IMG/VR virus record: IMGVR_UViG_3300044274_000332
Location: 1-39,485 of that record
Direction: 5' to 3' (one strand)
DNA from: a virus
Taxonomy: Duplodnaviria > Caudoviricetes
Length of the DNA: 39,485 bases
The notes below the pieces were generated by a model that was not told the DNA's origin, searched no databases, and saw only the letters and a program-made list of their open reading frames with translations. A program made the position numbers and the translations under genes. Of this stretch, positions 8,548-16,309 are shown one piece after another (positions within the stretch are counted from its first letter, which is position 1; each line of letters starts with the position of its first letter).

Positions 8548-9113
8548 GCTGCCCCCTGTTGCTCAGGCGTGACCGGCGGGCGGTGAGCAATGATCCAGGC
8601 GCGAACGATAGCGCAAGCGGTGATGCCCAGGTCTTCTACCGTGCCGTTGTTCAGCAGGTACTGATCACCCTGGGCAAAAGTGATTGGTTGGTTGGTGCTG
8701 TGTTCGCTGTCGCTGGTGCCTTCCGGGCGACTGACGTGGATCACCAGGCCCTTCATGGCCCGCACCCAGTAGGCTTCGTCTTCGGTGCGCAGGTCGGTGA
8801 TGACGGCCAGTTCTGGGGTGTCCTGGCTATCTTCCAGCTCGCGCAGGGTGTCCACCATGCGCACGATCAGGAAATCCGGGCGGATAGTTTTGCGCACCAC
8901 ATCACCCAGCTGCTCCAGCAGGGCGCGGATAGCCTTGTCGCCTTGATGCTTGAGCTGATTGATCTGTTCCGGGGTGTGGCCAAGTGCAGCGGCCGCCATG
9001 TCGTATAGCGGGGTAGCAAAGGCCACTTCGTTGGTGTCCCACCGGGCGCTTAGGGCTTGAGCGGCGGTGTTTTTGCCGGCATCACCGGGGCCGGTGAAGG
9101 CGATGATCTTCAT
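8544..9113 (-). CDS. Deoxynucleoside monophosphate kinase
   Basis: IIAFTGPGDAGKNT P-loop, FATPL, R.LLEQLG, VITDLRTEDE, HSTN, NNGT. Confidence 0.85.
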   Translation of the reverse strand: MKIIAFTGPGDAGKNTAAQALSARWDTNEVAFATPLYDMAAAALGHTPEQINQLKHQGDKAIRALLEQLGDVVRKTIRPDFLIVRMVDTLRELEDSQDTPELAVITDLRTEDEAYWVRAMKGLVIHVSRPEGTSDSEHSTNQPITFAQGDQYLLNNGTVEDLGITACAIVRAWIIAHRPPVTPEQQGAA

Positions 9114-9367
9114 ACGATGGCTCTCTCTATGGCACCGGCGGCAGTGGCGTACACAACGCCACCAACGCGGCTGCTGAAGTTGCAGATGGATACCTGGTCG
9201 GGCCCGGTCGGGCGGACCATGCAGTTGATGTCCTTCTGGAAGCGGTAAACCGTCACGTCCAGATCCACACCGTGCACAGTGATGCGGTTCGTCACCGGGG
9301 AGCGGCTGTGCTGGCCAGCCTTGATGGCGGCGCGCAAGCTGCGCTCTTGTTCGGTGGTGAGGTTCAC
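9110..9367 (-). CDS. Hypothetical protein
   Basis: GTGA coupling (start 9367). Confidence 0.55.
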   Translation of the reverse strand: MNLTTEQERSLRAAIKAGQHSRSPVTNRITVHGVDLDVTVYRFQKDINCMVRPTGPDQVSICNFSSRVGGVVYATAAGAIERAIV

Positions 9368-9609
9368 GCCGCCTTCCTCCCCGCCTTGTACCGCTCGCAT
9401 TTCTTCAGGTACTCATCGGCCATCTGGTTGATCTGGGCGCGTACTCGAAGGGTGGTGTTGCTGACGGGCACTTCGCTCAGGTAGTGGTCCAGCAGGCGGC
9501 CTGAATTGAGCATGGCTTTGTCCATGTCGTGGGTGATGATCAGGCGGCCAAAGGCCCGTTTGGCGTTGTGGATCAGGGCCGGGATGTTCAATGGGTTATT
9601 CGTGTTCAT
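9364..9609 (-). CDS. Hypothetical protein (MNTNNPLN...)
   Basis: AAGGA RBS before ATG 9609. Confidence 0.55.
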   Translation of the reverse strand: MNTNNPLNIPALIHNAKRAFGRLIITHDMDKAMLNSGRLLDHYLSEVPVSNTTLRVRAQINQMADEYLKKCERYKAGRKAA

Positions 9610-9766
9610 CGTTTTCCTTTCCTTCAATCGCCTGGCGGATCTGTGAGGAGACGCACTCACCGACGGTCTCTTCCAGGGCGTCCCAGTTGGTTGCTGCCTG
9701 AAAAATGGCATAGGCGGCGATAGCAGCAGCGGTGAGCTTTATGACTCGCCATTCCAATTTGCTCAT
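9596..9766 (-). CDS. 56-aa hypothetical protein with N-terminal hydrophobic helix (MSKLEWRVIKLTAAAIAAYAIFQ...), not in ORF track
   Basis: Manual translation; fills the gap between flanking operon genes. Confidence 0.5.
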   Translation of the reverse strand: MSKLEWRVIKLTAAAIAAYAIFQAATNWDALEETVGECVSSQIRQAIEGKENDEHE

Positions 9767-9768
9767 GG

Positions 9769-9969
9769 CTATGCGGCGCTGGGGCCGTCTCCGTCTTCCC
9801 AGTTGGGTTGCTGCCAGGCCGCTTTGAGGGGCTTAGGGCTGCTGGAACGCGGGTCACTGACCAGCTCGGCGGTGTTGCCGCTGATGACTGCTACACGGCC
9901 TGTGCGGGCCTGCAGGGCTTTAATGCAGGCGGTGTGTGTTGCGGTGGGGTGGATGTGTATCGTTGCCAT
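9769..9969 (-). CDS. First gene of leftward early operon, hypothetical (MATIHIHPT...)
   Basis: GGAG RBS before ATG 9969, directly downstream of PL. Confidence 0.65.
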   Translation of the reverse strand: MATIHIHPTATHTACIKALQARTGRVAVISGNTAELVSDPRSSSPKPLKAAWQQPNWEDGDGPSAA

Positions 9970-9980
9970 GATGTACTCCA

Positions 9981-10044
9981 TCAACCGTTGGTTTAGTTGT
10001 TCAGAGTAAACCACAGGTTTATGAGATGGGCAACCCCCGGTTTA
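9981..10044. promoter_or_regulatory. OL: three 15-bp palindromic operators (9981-9995, 10007-10021, 10030-10044) overlapping leftward promoter PL
   Basis: Consensus TAAACC-N3-GGTTTA; minus-strand TTGCCC(10033-10028)-17bp-TTTACT(10010-10005). Confidence 0.8.
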
Positions 10045-10115
10045 TAATTGAATTTGTGGGGGGCTTGGCGGGCTTTATAATTACCCTTTGAATTAGCCGA
10101 GTAGAGGGAACGACG

Positions 10116-10322
10116 ATGGCGGATGAACGGCGGGGTGGATACTGCAACACGTGCCAGGAAAACAGAGTTGTGTTCCGGCCAGGAACCAGTCACATACTGC
10201 ATTTGCTTCTGACGATAGTAACAGCTGGCTTGTGGCTGATTGTCTGGATTGGATCAGCAGTTAAGTTTGGCGGGTGGCGTTGTTCTCAATGTGGGTCAAA
10301 GCGTGTCACCAACGTTCAGTGA
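10116..10322 (+). CDS. Small LITAF-like Zn-ribbon membrane protein
   Basis: CNTC - hydrophobic HILHLLLTIVTAGLWLIVWI - CSQC; GAGGG RBS; TATAAT at 10076-10081. Confidence 0.7.
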   Translation: MADERRGGYCNTCQENRVVFRPGTSHILHLLLTIVTAGLWLIVWIGSAVKFGGWRCSQCGSKRVTNVQ

Positions 10323-10333
10323 TCAGGTGGTGA

Positions 10334-10672
10334 GTGCAGATGGAATATAGCGCAATAGTGGCTGGCACTGGATTCGAGGGTAGGGAAGAAAGGATTCGGG
10401 CTCTGGTCAGGCCTGGCATGGAGGTTTACTTGGTGCCGGAACCAACCAACAAGTTCGATCCTAATGCAATCGCTGTGTTTGTCCCTGTGAAGAAGTGGTA
10501 CACATTCTTTTTTCCAGCCAAGACCCAGATCGGGTATGTGAAAAAAGATAGGGCTGCTTTTCTCAAGAGGAAAATGGACGAAGGAGGGAAAATACTTGGG
10601 GCTGAGGTGGTTAGCATGTATACAGAAAAACACCACCCCAGAGTGTCATTGATAATCAGGACTGATTGGTAG
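10334..10672 (+). CDS. HIRAN domain protein
   Basis: VAGTGF...LVPEPTNKFDPNAIAV...IGYV signature; start may be ATG 10340. Confidence 0.85.
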   Translation: MQMEYSAIVAGTGFEGREERIRALVRPGMEVYLVPEPTNKFDPNAIAVFVPVKKWYTFFFPAKTQIGYVKKDRAAFLKRKMDEGGKILGAEVVSMYTEKHHPRVSLIIRTDW

Positions 10673-10677
10673 TCCCT

Positions 10678-11337
10678 TCAAAAGTCCATCTCCATGCGCT
10701 TTACAACGCCTATCATCGTGCAGTTACCGTTAATCGGGATAACGGGATAGGCGGGGTTGAGCGGTTTTAGGTACTTGTTCCCACCATCCAGTACTAGTTT
10801 TTTAAACGTTGCTCGGTTGGTGTCTGTGAGCTTGGCTACGACGAGGTCACCGTTATTGGCTGTAGGTTGGGGATGAACCAGGATGTAACACCCATCAGGG
10901 AATGAGGGTGTGCCGTTCGGGTTAATCATGCTGTCCCCGTCAACTTGCAGCCAAAAAGCGTTATCCGGGGATTTGCTTGGCATTGCCCTTGTTTCGTTCC
11001 CGGTTCCTACAGGGTAAGGGTCTTCTGCTTCTTGCCATTCACCAGCCGCTACAAAGCTGATCACCGGGGCGAACTTGGTCGTGCTGTATCGGCCTGTGCT
11101 TTCGCCAACATTTGACCTTGAATCAATGCCGGTCATCAGCCATTCAAGGCTAACTCCAAGATAGTCAGCTGCTAAGGCCAGGTTCTCTCTCTTAAGTTTC
11201 CCTGTTCTCACCCATTTAGTGACTGCTTGCGGTGATACACCGCAATGTGCAGCCAGGCCTTCCTGATTTTTGCCGGGAGAAGCGCTGAGTGCCTCGGTGA
11301 TTCTGTTGCCGATGTGGGTTTTCGCGAGTGTATTCAT
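10678..11337 (-). CDS. cI: CI-like repressor (XRE HTH + S24 autopeptidase)
   Basis: HTH QEGLAAHCGVSPQAVTKW; AG cleavage site VAAG; catalytic GDSM and TFKKL. Confidence 0.92.
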   Translation of the reverse strand: MNTLAKTHIGNRITEALSASPGKNQEGLAAHCGVSPQAVTKWVRTGKLKRENLALAADYLGVSLEWLMTGIDSRSNVGESTGRYSTTKFAPVISFVAAGEWQEAEDPYPVGTGNETRAMPSKSPDNAFWLQVDGDSMINPNGTPSFPDGCYILVHPQPTANNGDLVVAKLTDTNRATFKKLVLDGGNKYLKPLNPAYPVIPINGNCTMIGVVKRMEMDF

Positions 11338-11343
11338 GTGTGA

Positions 11344-11413
11344 ATTTTAAACCTTTGGTTTACCCCAAGGAATAAATCAAAGGTTGACCTCAAAAGTAAA
11401 CCTGTGGTTTATT
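11344..11413. promoter_or_regulatory. OR: three operators (11348-11362, 11373-11387, 11397-11411) with divergent PR and PRM
   Basis: Same 15-bp palindrome as OL; PR TTGACC(11384)-18bp-TTTATT; PRM -10 TAAAAT on minus strand 11349-11344. Confidence 0.82.
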
Positions 11414-11430
11414 GCTCGTGGAGGTGTGCT

Positions 11431-11670
11431 ATGACCAAACCCAAATCCGCACTCACAAAGGCAATTGAAGCGGCAGGTGGCCAGTCCGCTTTGGCCGAAG
11501 CTCTTGGCGTCAGTGTCCAGGCAATCACGAAGTGGAAAAAACGCCCTGAAGGTAAGCAGGTTCCTGCTGATCGGGTAGTTGCCGTGGAGGCTGCCACCGA
11601 TTTTGCAGTAAGGCGCCAAGAGCTTCGGCCTGATTTGTATTTGCCAGCTGAGGGCGATTGTGCCGCCTGA
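11431..11670 (+). CDS. cro: Cro-like (YdaS family) regulator
   Basis: AGGQSALAEALGVSVQAITKW...ELRPDLY; divergent from cI; GGAGG RBS before ATG 11431. Confidence 0.88.
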   Translation: MTKPKSALTKAIEAAGGQSALAEALGVSVQAITKWKKRPEGKQVPADRVVAVEAATDFAVRRQELRPDLYLPAEGDCAA

Positions 11671-11700
11671 CTGGTGTGGCTTTTTATTTACCCGGATTTC

Positions 11701-11730
11701 CTAGGGGAAACTACAGGAAACTAGGGGAAA
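11701..11730 (+). repeat. Three tandem 10-bp direct repeats CTA(GG/CA)GGAAA
   Basis: ctaggggaaa ctacaggaaa ctaggggaaa directly upstream of the cII-like gene. Confidence 0.85.
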
Positions 11731-11737
11731 CAAATTT

Positions 11738-12082
11738 ATGGAAATCAAACAGTTAACCCTGAACTTTGAAAAGGGACTGGCTGATGCCTGGTCTTCCTGC
11801 AGGGAGTATGTGGCGTACCGTGTCCATCACCAGGGCAAGCCCCAAAAGGCAGTAGCTGCTGACATGGATTACAGCCCGAGCGACCTGTCCAGGAAGTTGG
11901 CCCAGAACCCTGATGATTCCCGGCGCTTCACTCTCGATGATCTGGAAAAGTACATGGATGTAACGGGCGACACTCGGCCGGTTTTGTATCTGGTGGAGAA
12001 GTATTTGGCTCGAAGCAGCCGGGAGGCATTGCAGCAGCAGATCGCCGAGCTACAGAAACAACTGGAGGCAGGCCATGAGTGA
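11738..12082 (+). CDS. CII-like phage regulatory HTH protein
   Basis: QKAVAADMDYSPSDLSRKL HTH; position after cro. Confidence 0.65.
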   Translation: MEIKQLTLNFEKGLADAWSSCREYVAYRVHHQGKPQKAVAADMDYSPSDLSRKLAQNPDDSRRFTLDDLEKYMDVTGDTRPVLYLVEKYLARSSREALQQQIAELQKQLEAGHE

Positions 12083-12932
12083 TCAGAATGTGCTCGACCA
12101 GTTTCTGAGTGCTGGCCTGAAGGTGGACTGGCCGCCAGTGGTTGGTGAGCTGGTACGGTGCAAGGTTGAGGGTGACGGTGGCAATAAGCGCTCTGGCTGG
12201 TATGTGCTGCATGAGTTGCGCCTGGATAACGGCGACCTGGTGTATGTGGGGCGCTACGGCAATTGGAAGAATGGCTCGGGGCAGGATGGCGTCAAAGTCG
12301 AGTTCGATGCTGGTGGCTTGAGTGAAGACGAGCGGGCCCGGTTGAAGGCCGAGCAAGAAGCGGCGCGGCAACAGGCTGCCCAGGAGAGGCAGCAGCGGGC
12401 TGAAGACGCAGCGAAGCGGGCTGAGGCCATATTCGGTAAGTTGCCCGATTCCGGGCGCTCTGATTATTTGCAGCGTAAGAAGGTTGGGGCGCACGGGCTT
12501 CGATTTTCGCGTGGTTCTGTCGTGGTGCCTGTTCGGCACATTGATGATTCCCTTGTCGGGCTGCAATTCATCGATGGCGAGGGAGAGAAGAAGTTTCTTA
12601 CTGGCACCCCCAAGCGGGGTGCTTTTCATTTGATAGGGGATCTGCAGCAGGCTCAGGCATTGGGCATTGCTGAAGGCTATGCGACCGGGGCCACGGTTTT
12701 TGAATGCGCAGAAATGCTTGAGATCCCGATGGCTGTTGTTGTGGCCTTTGATGCTGGGAATCTGTTGCCGGTGGCTAGAGCCTGGCGTGCGAGGTGCCCG
12801 GAACTGCCGATTATCATTTTCGCTGACGATGACGCTACTACTGAGGGTAACCCGGGTATCACCCAGGCTCAGTCAGCGGCAGAAGCTGTAGGTGGCGCCG
12901 TGTTGCCGCCGCGCATGCAGGAGGCTGCATGA
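12075..12932 (+). CDS. TOPRIM-domain DNA primase (P4 alpha/TraC-like)
   Basis: GWY...GNWK, YLQRK, LQFI..GEKKFL, IAEGYATG, AFDAGNL, IFADDD. Confidence 0.88.
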   Translation: MSDQNVLDQFLSAGLKVDWPPVVGELVRCKVEGDGGNKRSGWYVLHELRLDNGDLVYVGRYGNWKNGSGQDGVKVEFDAGGLSEDERARLKAEQEAARQQAAQERQQRAEDAAKRAEAIFGKLPDSGRSDYLQRKKVGAHGLRFSRGSVVVPVRHIDDSLVGLQFIDGEGEKKFLTGTPKRGAFHLIGDLQQAQALGIAEGYATGATVFECAEMLEIPMAVVVAFDAGNLLPVARAWRARCPELPIIIFADDDATTEGNPGITQAQSAAEAVGGAVLPPRMQEAA

Positions 12933-14596
12933 GCCGGAAGCTGGATTGGAATGACCTTCAGCAGCTGATCGGTAAGGACGAAACGGCCAAGCAACTGAGT
13001 GAAGGCATCACCGCTATTTTGAATGGTGGTGGTGCTGCCAATGATTGCGCAACGGAATCTCCCGCTCCCTCTGATAACGGCGGCTCCGCTTCTGGCGTGG
13101 TTTCTCTTCTTGATCTTTCTGGTGCGCTTCAGCGTTTTGCGTGGACTGTGCCTGATGGTCGGATCTGGGATAGCCATGATAAGAAAATGCTGAAGGAGAA
13201 GCAGGTAAGGGACTGGATTGGTCCTGAAGTTTATAAGGCTTGGAAAACCAGTGATAAGCGCCGCACGGTGCAGCATTCCGATGTGGCGCGTAAAGCCTCC
13301 GCCGCCCAGAAGCAGGGGAGCGGGGAACTGGGTATGGCGCTGCGGCGGTTTGTGCTGCTGTACCCCTCGCAGAATGCCTGGGACAAGGAGCGCAGTGAGG
13401 TGGTGGGGCTGAACGATTTGAAGCCGCTACTTCATCGCTGGTATTCGCTTTGGTTGGAGCATCCAGACCGGGAAATGATCGACCGGGACAAGCTGGTATT
13501 TGACCCCAAGCAGCAGTTCCGGCCGGAAGATGGCTATATCAATATGTTCCGCGGATTGCCGTTGAAGCCTGGCGGTGACCTGGTGCGCTGCAATTACATC
13601 ATGAGGCTGGTTGATCACCTGTGTAATGGTGAGCAGGTGGTGGTGAGTTGGTTTTTACGGTGGCTGGCTTACCCGCTGCAGCATGTGGGCGCCAAAATGG
13701 CCACCGCGATTCTGATGCACTCTGAAACACAGGGCACGGGTAAAAGCCTGCTGTTCGAGCGGGTGATAAAGCCTATGTATGGTGAATACGGGGCGACCCT
13801 GGGGCAGCACCAGCTTGAATCACAATATACCGATTGGCGCAGCCAGCAGCTGTTCGGGCTTTTCGAAGAGATTTTCAGTCGTGATCAGAAGTACAGCCAC
13901 ACCGGTACTCTGAAGCACATGATCACTGGCGATACGCATCGCATTGAGAAGAAGTTTGTGAGTGGTTGGGAAGAGGCCAACCACATGAATGCGGTTTTTC
14001 TCTCAAATGAAATTCAGCCTTTCCCTGTAGAGCCAACTGATCGGCGAATGCTGGTGGTGTGGCCTGCGACCAAGATGCCGAGAGAGTTAAAAGAGGGTGT
14101 TCTGCACGAAACCCGGAATGGTGGCGTTGAGGCGTTTTACCGGTTTCTGTTGAGCTTGCGGATGATGTGGCGCAATGAAGGGGATGAAGAAGAGCTCCCG
14201 TTTGATACGCACCGTGAACCGCCGATGACTGAGGCGAAGGCCCGGTTGATCGATTTCGGTAGACCAAGCTGGGACCTGTTTCACAGGGACTGGCGTGCCG
14301 GACTCCTGGCGCCACAATACCCGTACGAAACTTGTTTGGTGAACCATCTCTACCAGGTATATCGACGGTGGTGTTCTGAGGCCGGCGAGAAATCTGTGAT
14401 GACCCGTGAGCGGTTTTCCAGCTCCCTTTCCGGTAGGGAAAGGCGGCGCCGAGACGTGAAATTTGAGATGGGTGTGAACGAGCGCAAGGGGACCTTCTTC
14501 CAAGTCGGTGAACCGCCAGAGGGTAAGCCGCAAAAGGTGTGGCTCGGTGAATTTGTTACTCGCTGGGGGAAGAACCTGGAGGGTGATGATGCGTAG
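12929..14596 (+). CDS. Replicative helicase/ATPase (DUF5906 / SF3-like)
   Basis: N-terminal DWNDL, Walker A QGTGKS, Walker B-like GLFEE, FLSN, DRR arginine finger. Confidence 0.85.
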   Translation: MSRKLDWNDLQQLIGKDETAKQLSEGITAILNGGGAANDCATESPAPSDNGGSASGVVSLLDLSGALQRFAWTVPDGRIWDSHDKKMLKEKQVRDWIGPEVYKAWKTSDKRRTVQHSDVARKASAAQKQGSGELGMALRRFVLLYPSQNAWDKERSEVVGLNDLKPLLHRWYSLWLEHPDREMIDRDKLVFDPKQQFRPEDGYINMFRGLPLKPGGDLVRCNYIMRLVDHLCNGEQVVVSWFLRWLAYPLQHVGAKMATAILMHSETQGTGKSLLFERVIKPMYGEYGATLGQHQLESQYTDWRSQQLFGLFEEIFSRDQKYSHTGTLKHMITGDTHRIEKKFVSGWEEANHMNAVFLSNEIQPFPVEPTDRRMLVVWPATKMPRELKEGVLHETRNGGVEAFYRFLLSLRMMWRNEGDEEELPFDTHREPPMTEAKARLIDFGRPSWDLFHRDWRAGLLAPQYPYETCLVNHLYQVYRRWCSEAGEKSVMTRERFSSSLSGRERRRRDVKFEMGVNERKGTFFQVGEPPEGKPQKVWLGEFVTRWGKNLEGDDA

Positions 14597-14863
14597 GCCG
14601 GAGGTGGGCCGGATTCAGGCCGGATGCATCGATTCGCGTAACTACCTGAAATCTAAGAAAAGGCCGGAGGGCCGGAAGGGCCGGAGGCTCAACGCGCGTG
14701 CGTGGGTGCGTGTGTTTATACCGCTACATGGGGTTTTGGAAAAAACAGTGTACCCACACGCGAGAAACACCTTCCGGCCTTTCCGGCCCTCCGGCCTTTT
14801 CTTGTTTATCAGCAACTTATCAAGCGGGCACCCTCCGGCCAACCCTCCGGCCTGCATCCGGCC
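14596..14863. repeat. Putative replication origin: 12 GGCCGGA heptamers in a mirror-symmetric array
   Basis: Forward at 14596,14607,14618,14662,14670,14679; reverse at 14773,14782,14790,14834,14846,14857; follows primase/helicase. Confidence 0.75.
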
Positions 14864-14917
14864 TCGCTTAAATACATGTTCCACGGCAAACAATTCGAAA
14901 ATGGTAAGGGGAGAGAT

Positions 14918-15448
14918 ATGAATCCAATCCAGTTGATGATGAAGTTGGCTGTGTCTGCGCAGTCTTACGAGGTTGGCTGCGGTGGTGGCCGTTCAGGCAT
15001 TCCGGTGGCATCGATGGTTGCTGCATCGCTTGGGATGGGAGATTTGAAGAAGGAGCCCTACCTTGCGGGTTTGTACCTGGTGGCCCAGCAGCACGAGCTG
15101 CGCAAGCCGGTGACAGAGCTTCTGACGGCGGCAGGGCGGCGGGTATTCATGAAGCATGGGTGGAAGACGGATTATTGCTATGGGATAGCTGAGATGTGTC
15201 TGTTCGAGATCTGCTGGCCAAAATACACCGATGCTTTGGAGTCGGCCCGGGATGATGTTCGCTTTTCAGAAGTGGTGTTGCCTCGAAGCTTGCGGGAGCA
15301 GGCGATTCTTTCTGGCATAGAGCAGTCCCGTTTTGCGCGCACTTGGGCGCCGAGGGCAAATGAGATGCGGCTGATTTTAGCCGGCTGGATGGATGATTGT
15401 GCTCGCCATATTCGTCGCCACTATCACGAACAGGAAGAGGCTGCCTGA
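14918..15448 (+). CDS. Q-like late-gene regulator/antiterminator
   Basis: Position before late promoter and terminators; C-terminal HTH-like SLREQAILSGIEQSRFARTW; GGGGAG RBS before ATG 14918. Confidence 0.65.
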   Translation: MNPIQLMMKLAVSAQSYEVGCGGGRSGIPVASMVAASLGMGDLKKEPYLAGLYLVAQQHELRKPVTELLTAAGRRVFMKHGWKTDYCYGIAEMCLFEICWPKYTDALESARDDVRFSEVVLPRSLREQAILSGIEQSRFARTWAPRANEMRLILAGWMDDCARHIRRHYHEQEEAA

Positions 15449-15455
15449 AAAGGTG

Positions 15456-15485
15456 TTGACGGACCGCATCACTTTAAGGTACTTT
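15456..15485 (+). promoter_or_regulatory. Late promoter (PR'-like)
   Basis: TTGACG-18bp-TACTTT immediately after Q-like gene. Confidence 0.6.
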
Positions 15486-15500
15486 TTTCCCAGACTGGAT

Positions 15501-15536
15501 AAACCCTGCCCTGAGTAATCAAGGCGGGGTTTTTTT
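15501..15536 (+). terminator. Intrinsic terminator (tR'-like) 1
   Basis: AACCCTGCC...GGCGGGGTT stem + T-run. Confidence 0.75.
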
Positions 15537-15566
15537 ATGCCCATATAAAATCCAGTTCTCTCCCCC

Positions 15567-15590
15567 AGGCCCGCGCAAGCGGGCTTTTTT
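15567..15590 (+). terminator. Intrinsic terminator 2
   Basis: GCCCGC-GCAA-GCGGGC + TTTTTT. Confidence 0.8.
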
Positions 15591-15618
15591 ATTCCCAGGA
15601 ACAGTTCGAGGCCCGTTC

Positions 15619-15849
15619 ATGACGCCAAAGACTGACAGCGTGGTTTCTGCTGGCAGCTACGCCGGTGCCGGCGTTTCAGTGCTGGCCGGGCTGACCCTGA
15701 CAGAGTGGGGCGTCATTGTCGGTATCTTCACTGCGTTGCTGACCTTGGCGATTAATGCGGTGTACCAATTCCGCAAGGACCGCCGTGAACAGCGGCTGTT
15801 CAAGCTGAAGATGGATCAGCTTCAAGAGGTTGATAGCGATGGCCAGTAA
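15619..15849 (+). CDS. Holin (small, class II/pinholin-like)
   Basis: 76 aa, two hydrophobic segments, charged C-terminus, first gene of lysis cassette. Confidence 0.8.
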   Translation: MTPKTDSVVSAGSYAGAGVSVLAGLTLTEWGVIVGIFTALLTLAINAVYQFRKDRREQRLFKLKMDQLQEVDSDGQ

Positions 15850-16309
15850 AGCGCGTTTGGCAGGGGTCATTGGTGCTGGTGTGCTGGCTATCGCAGGTTC
15901 TGTGATTGCGCCTTACGAGGGGCGCAGTCTGGTTGCATACCTTGACCCGGTGGGTGTGCCTACGATCTGCGAGGGCATCACTGCTGATGTGCAGATCGGT
16001 GACACGGCCACTGATGCTGAATGTGATGCAGCGCTGCAGCGTGAAATGCGTAAACACCTGGCTGGTGTTGAGACCTGCATAGACGGGTACCTGACCCCAA
16101 ACCAGTGGGCTGCCGTGCTTAGCTGGACTTACAACGTTGGAGTTGGTGCGGCATGCAACAGCACGCTGGTGGCCAAGATTAACCGTGGTGAGTCATACCG
16201 GGCCTGGTGCCCTGAGTTGAAGCGTTGGGTGTATGCCGGTGGCGAGCGGTTAGCTGGGCTCGTAAAGCGCCGTGATGCTGAGTATGCCCTGTGCATGGGT
16301 GATGCATGA
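15839..16309 (+). CDS. GH24 lysozyme endolysin with SAR-like N-terminus
   Basis: Gly/Ala-rich N-terminal helix, E-8x-D-5x-T triad (YEG...YLD...PTIC), YNVG, GLVKRR. Confidence 0.9.
   Translation: MASKARLAGVIGAGVLAIAGSVIAPYEGRSLVAYLDPVGVPTICEGITADVQIGDTATDAECDAALQREMRKHLAGVETCIDGYLTPNQWAAVLSWTYNVGVGAACNSTLVAKINRGESYRAWCPELKRWVYAGGERLAGLVKRRDAEYALCMGDA

Noticed and set aside
14596-14863. CRISPR array or transposon ends
   Set aside because: Repeats are 7 bp, inverted and without unique ~30-bp spacers; no cas or transposase genes
14508-14921. ORFs across the origin region and the 72-aa N-terminal extension of the Q-like ORF
   Set aside because: Translations simply mirror the GGCCGGA repeats; better RBS at ATG 14918
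15449-15618. tRNA or ncRNA between Q and lysis genes
   Set aside because: No cloverleaf or T-loop motif; explained by promoter plus two terminators
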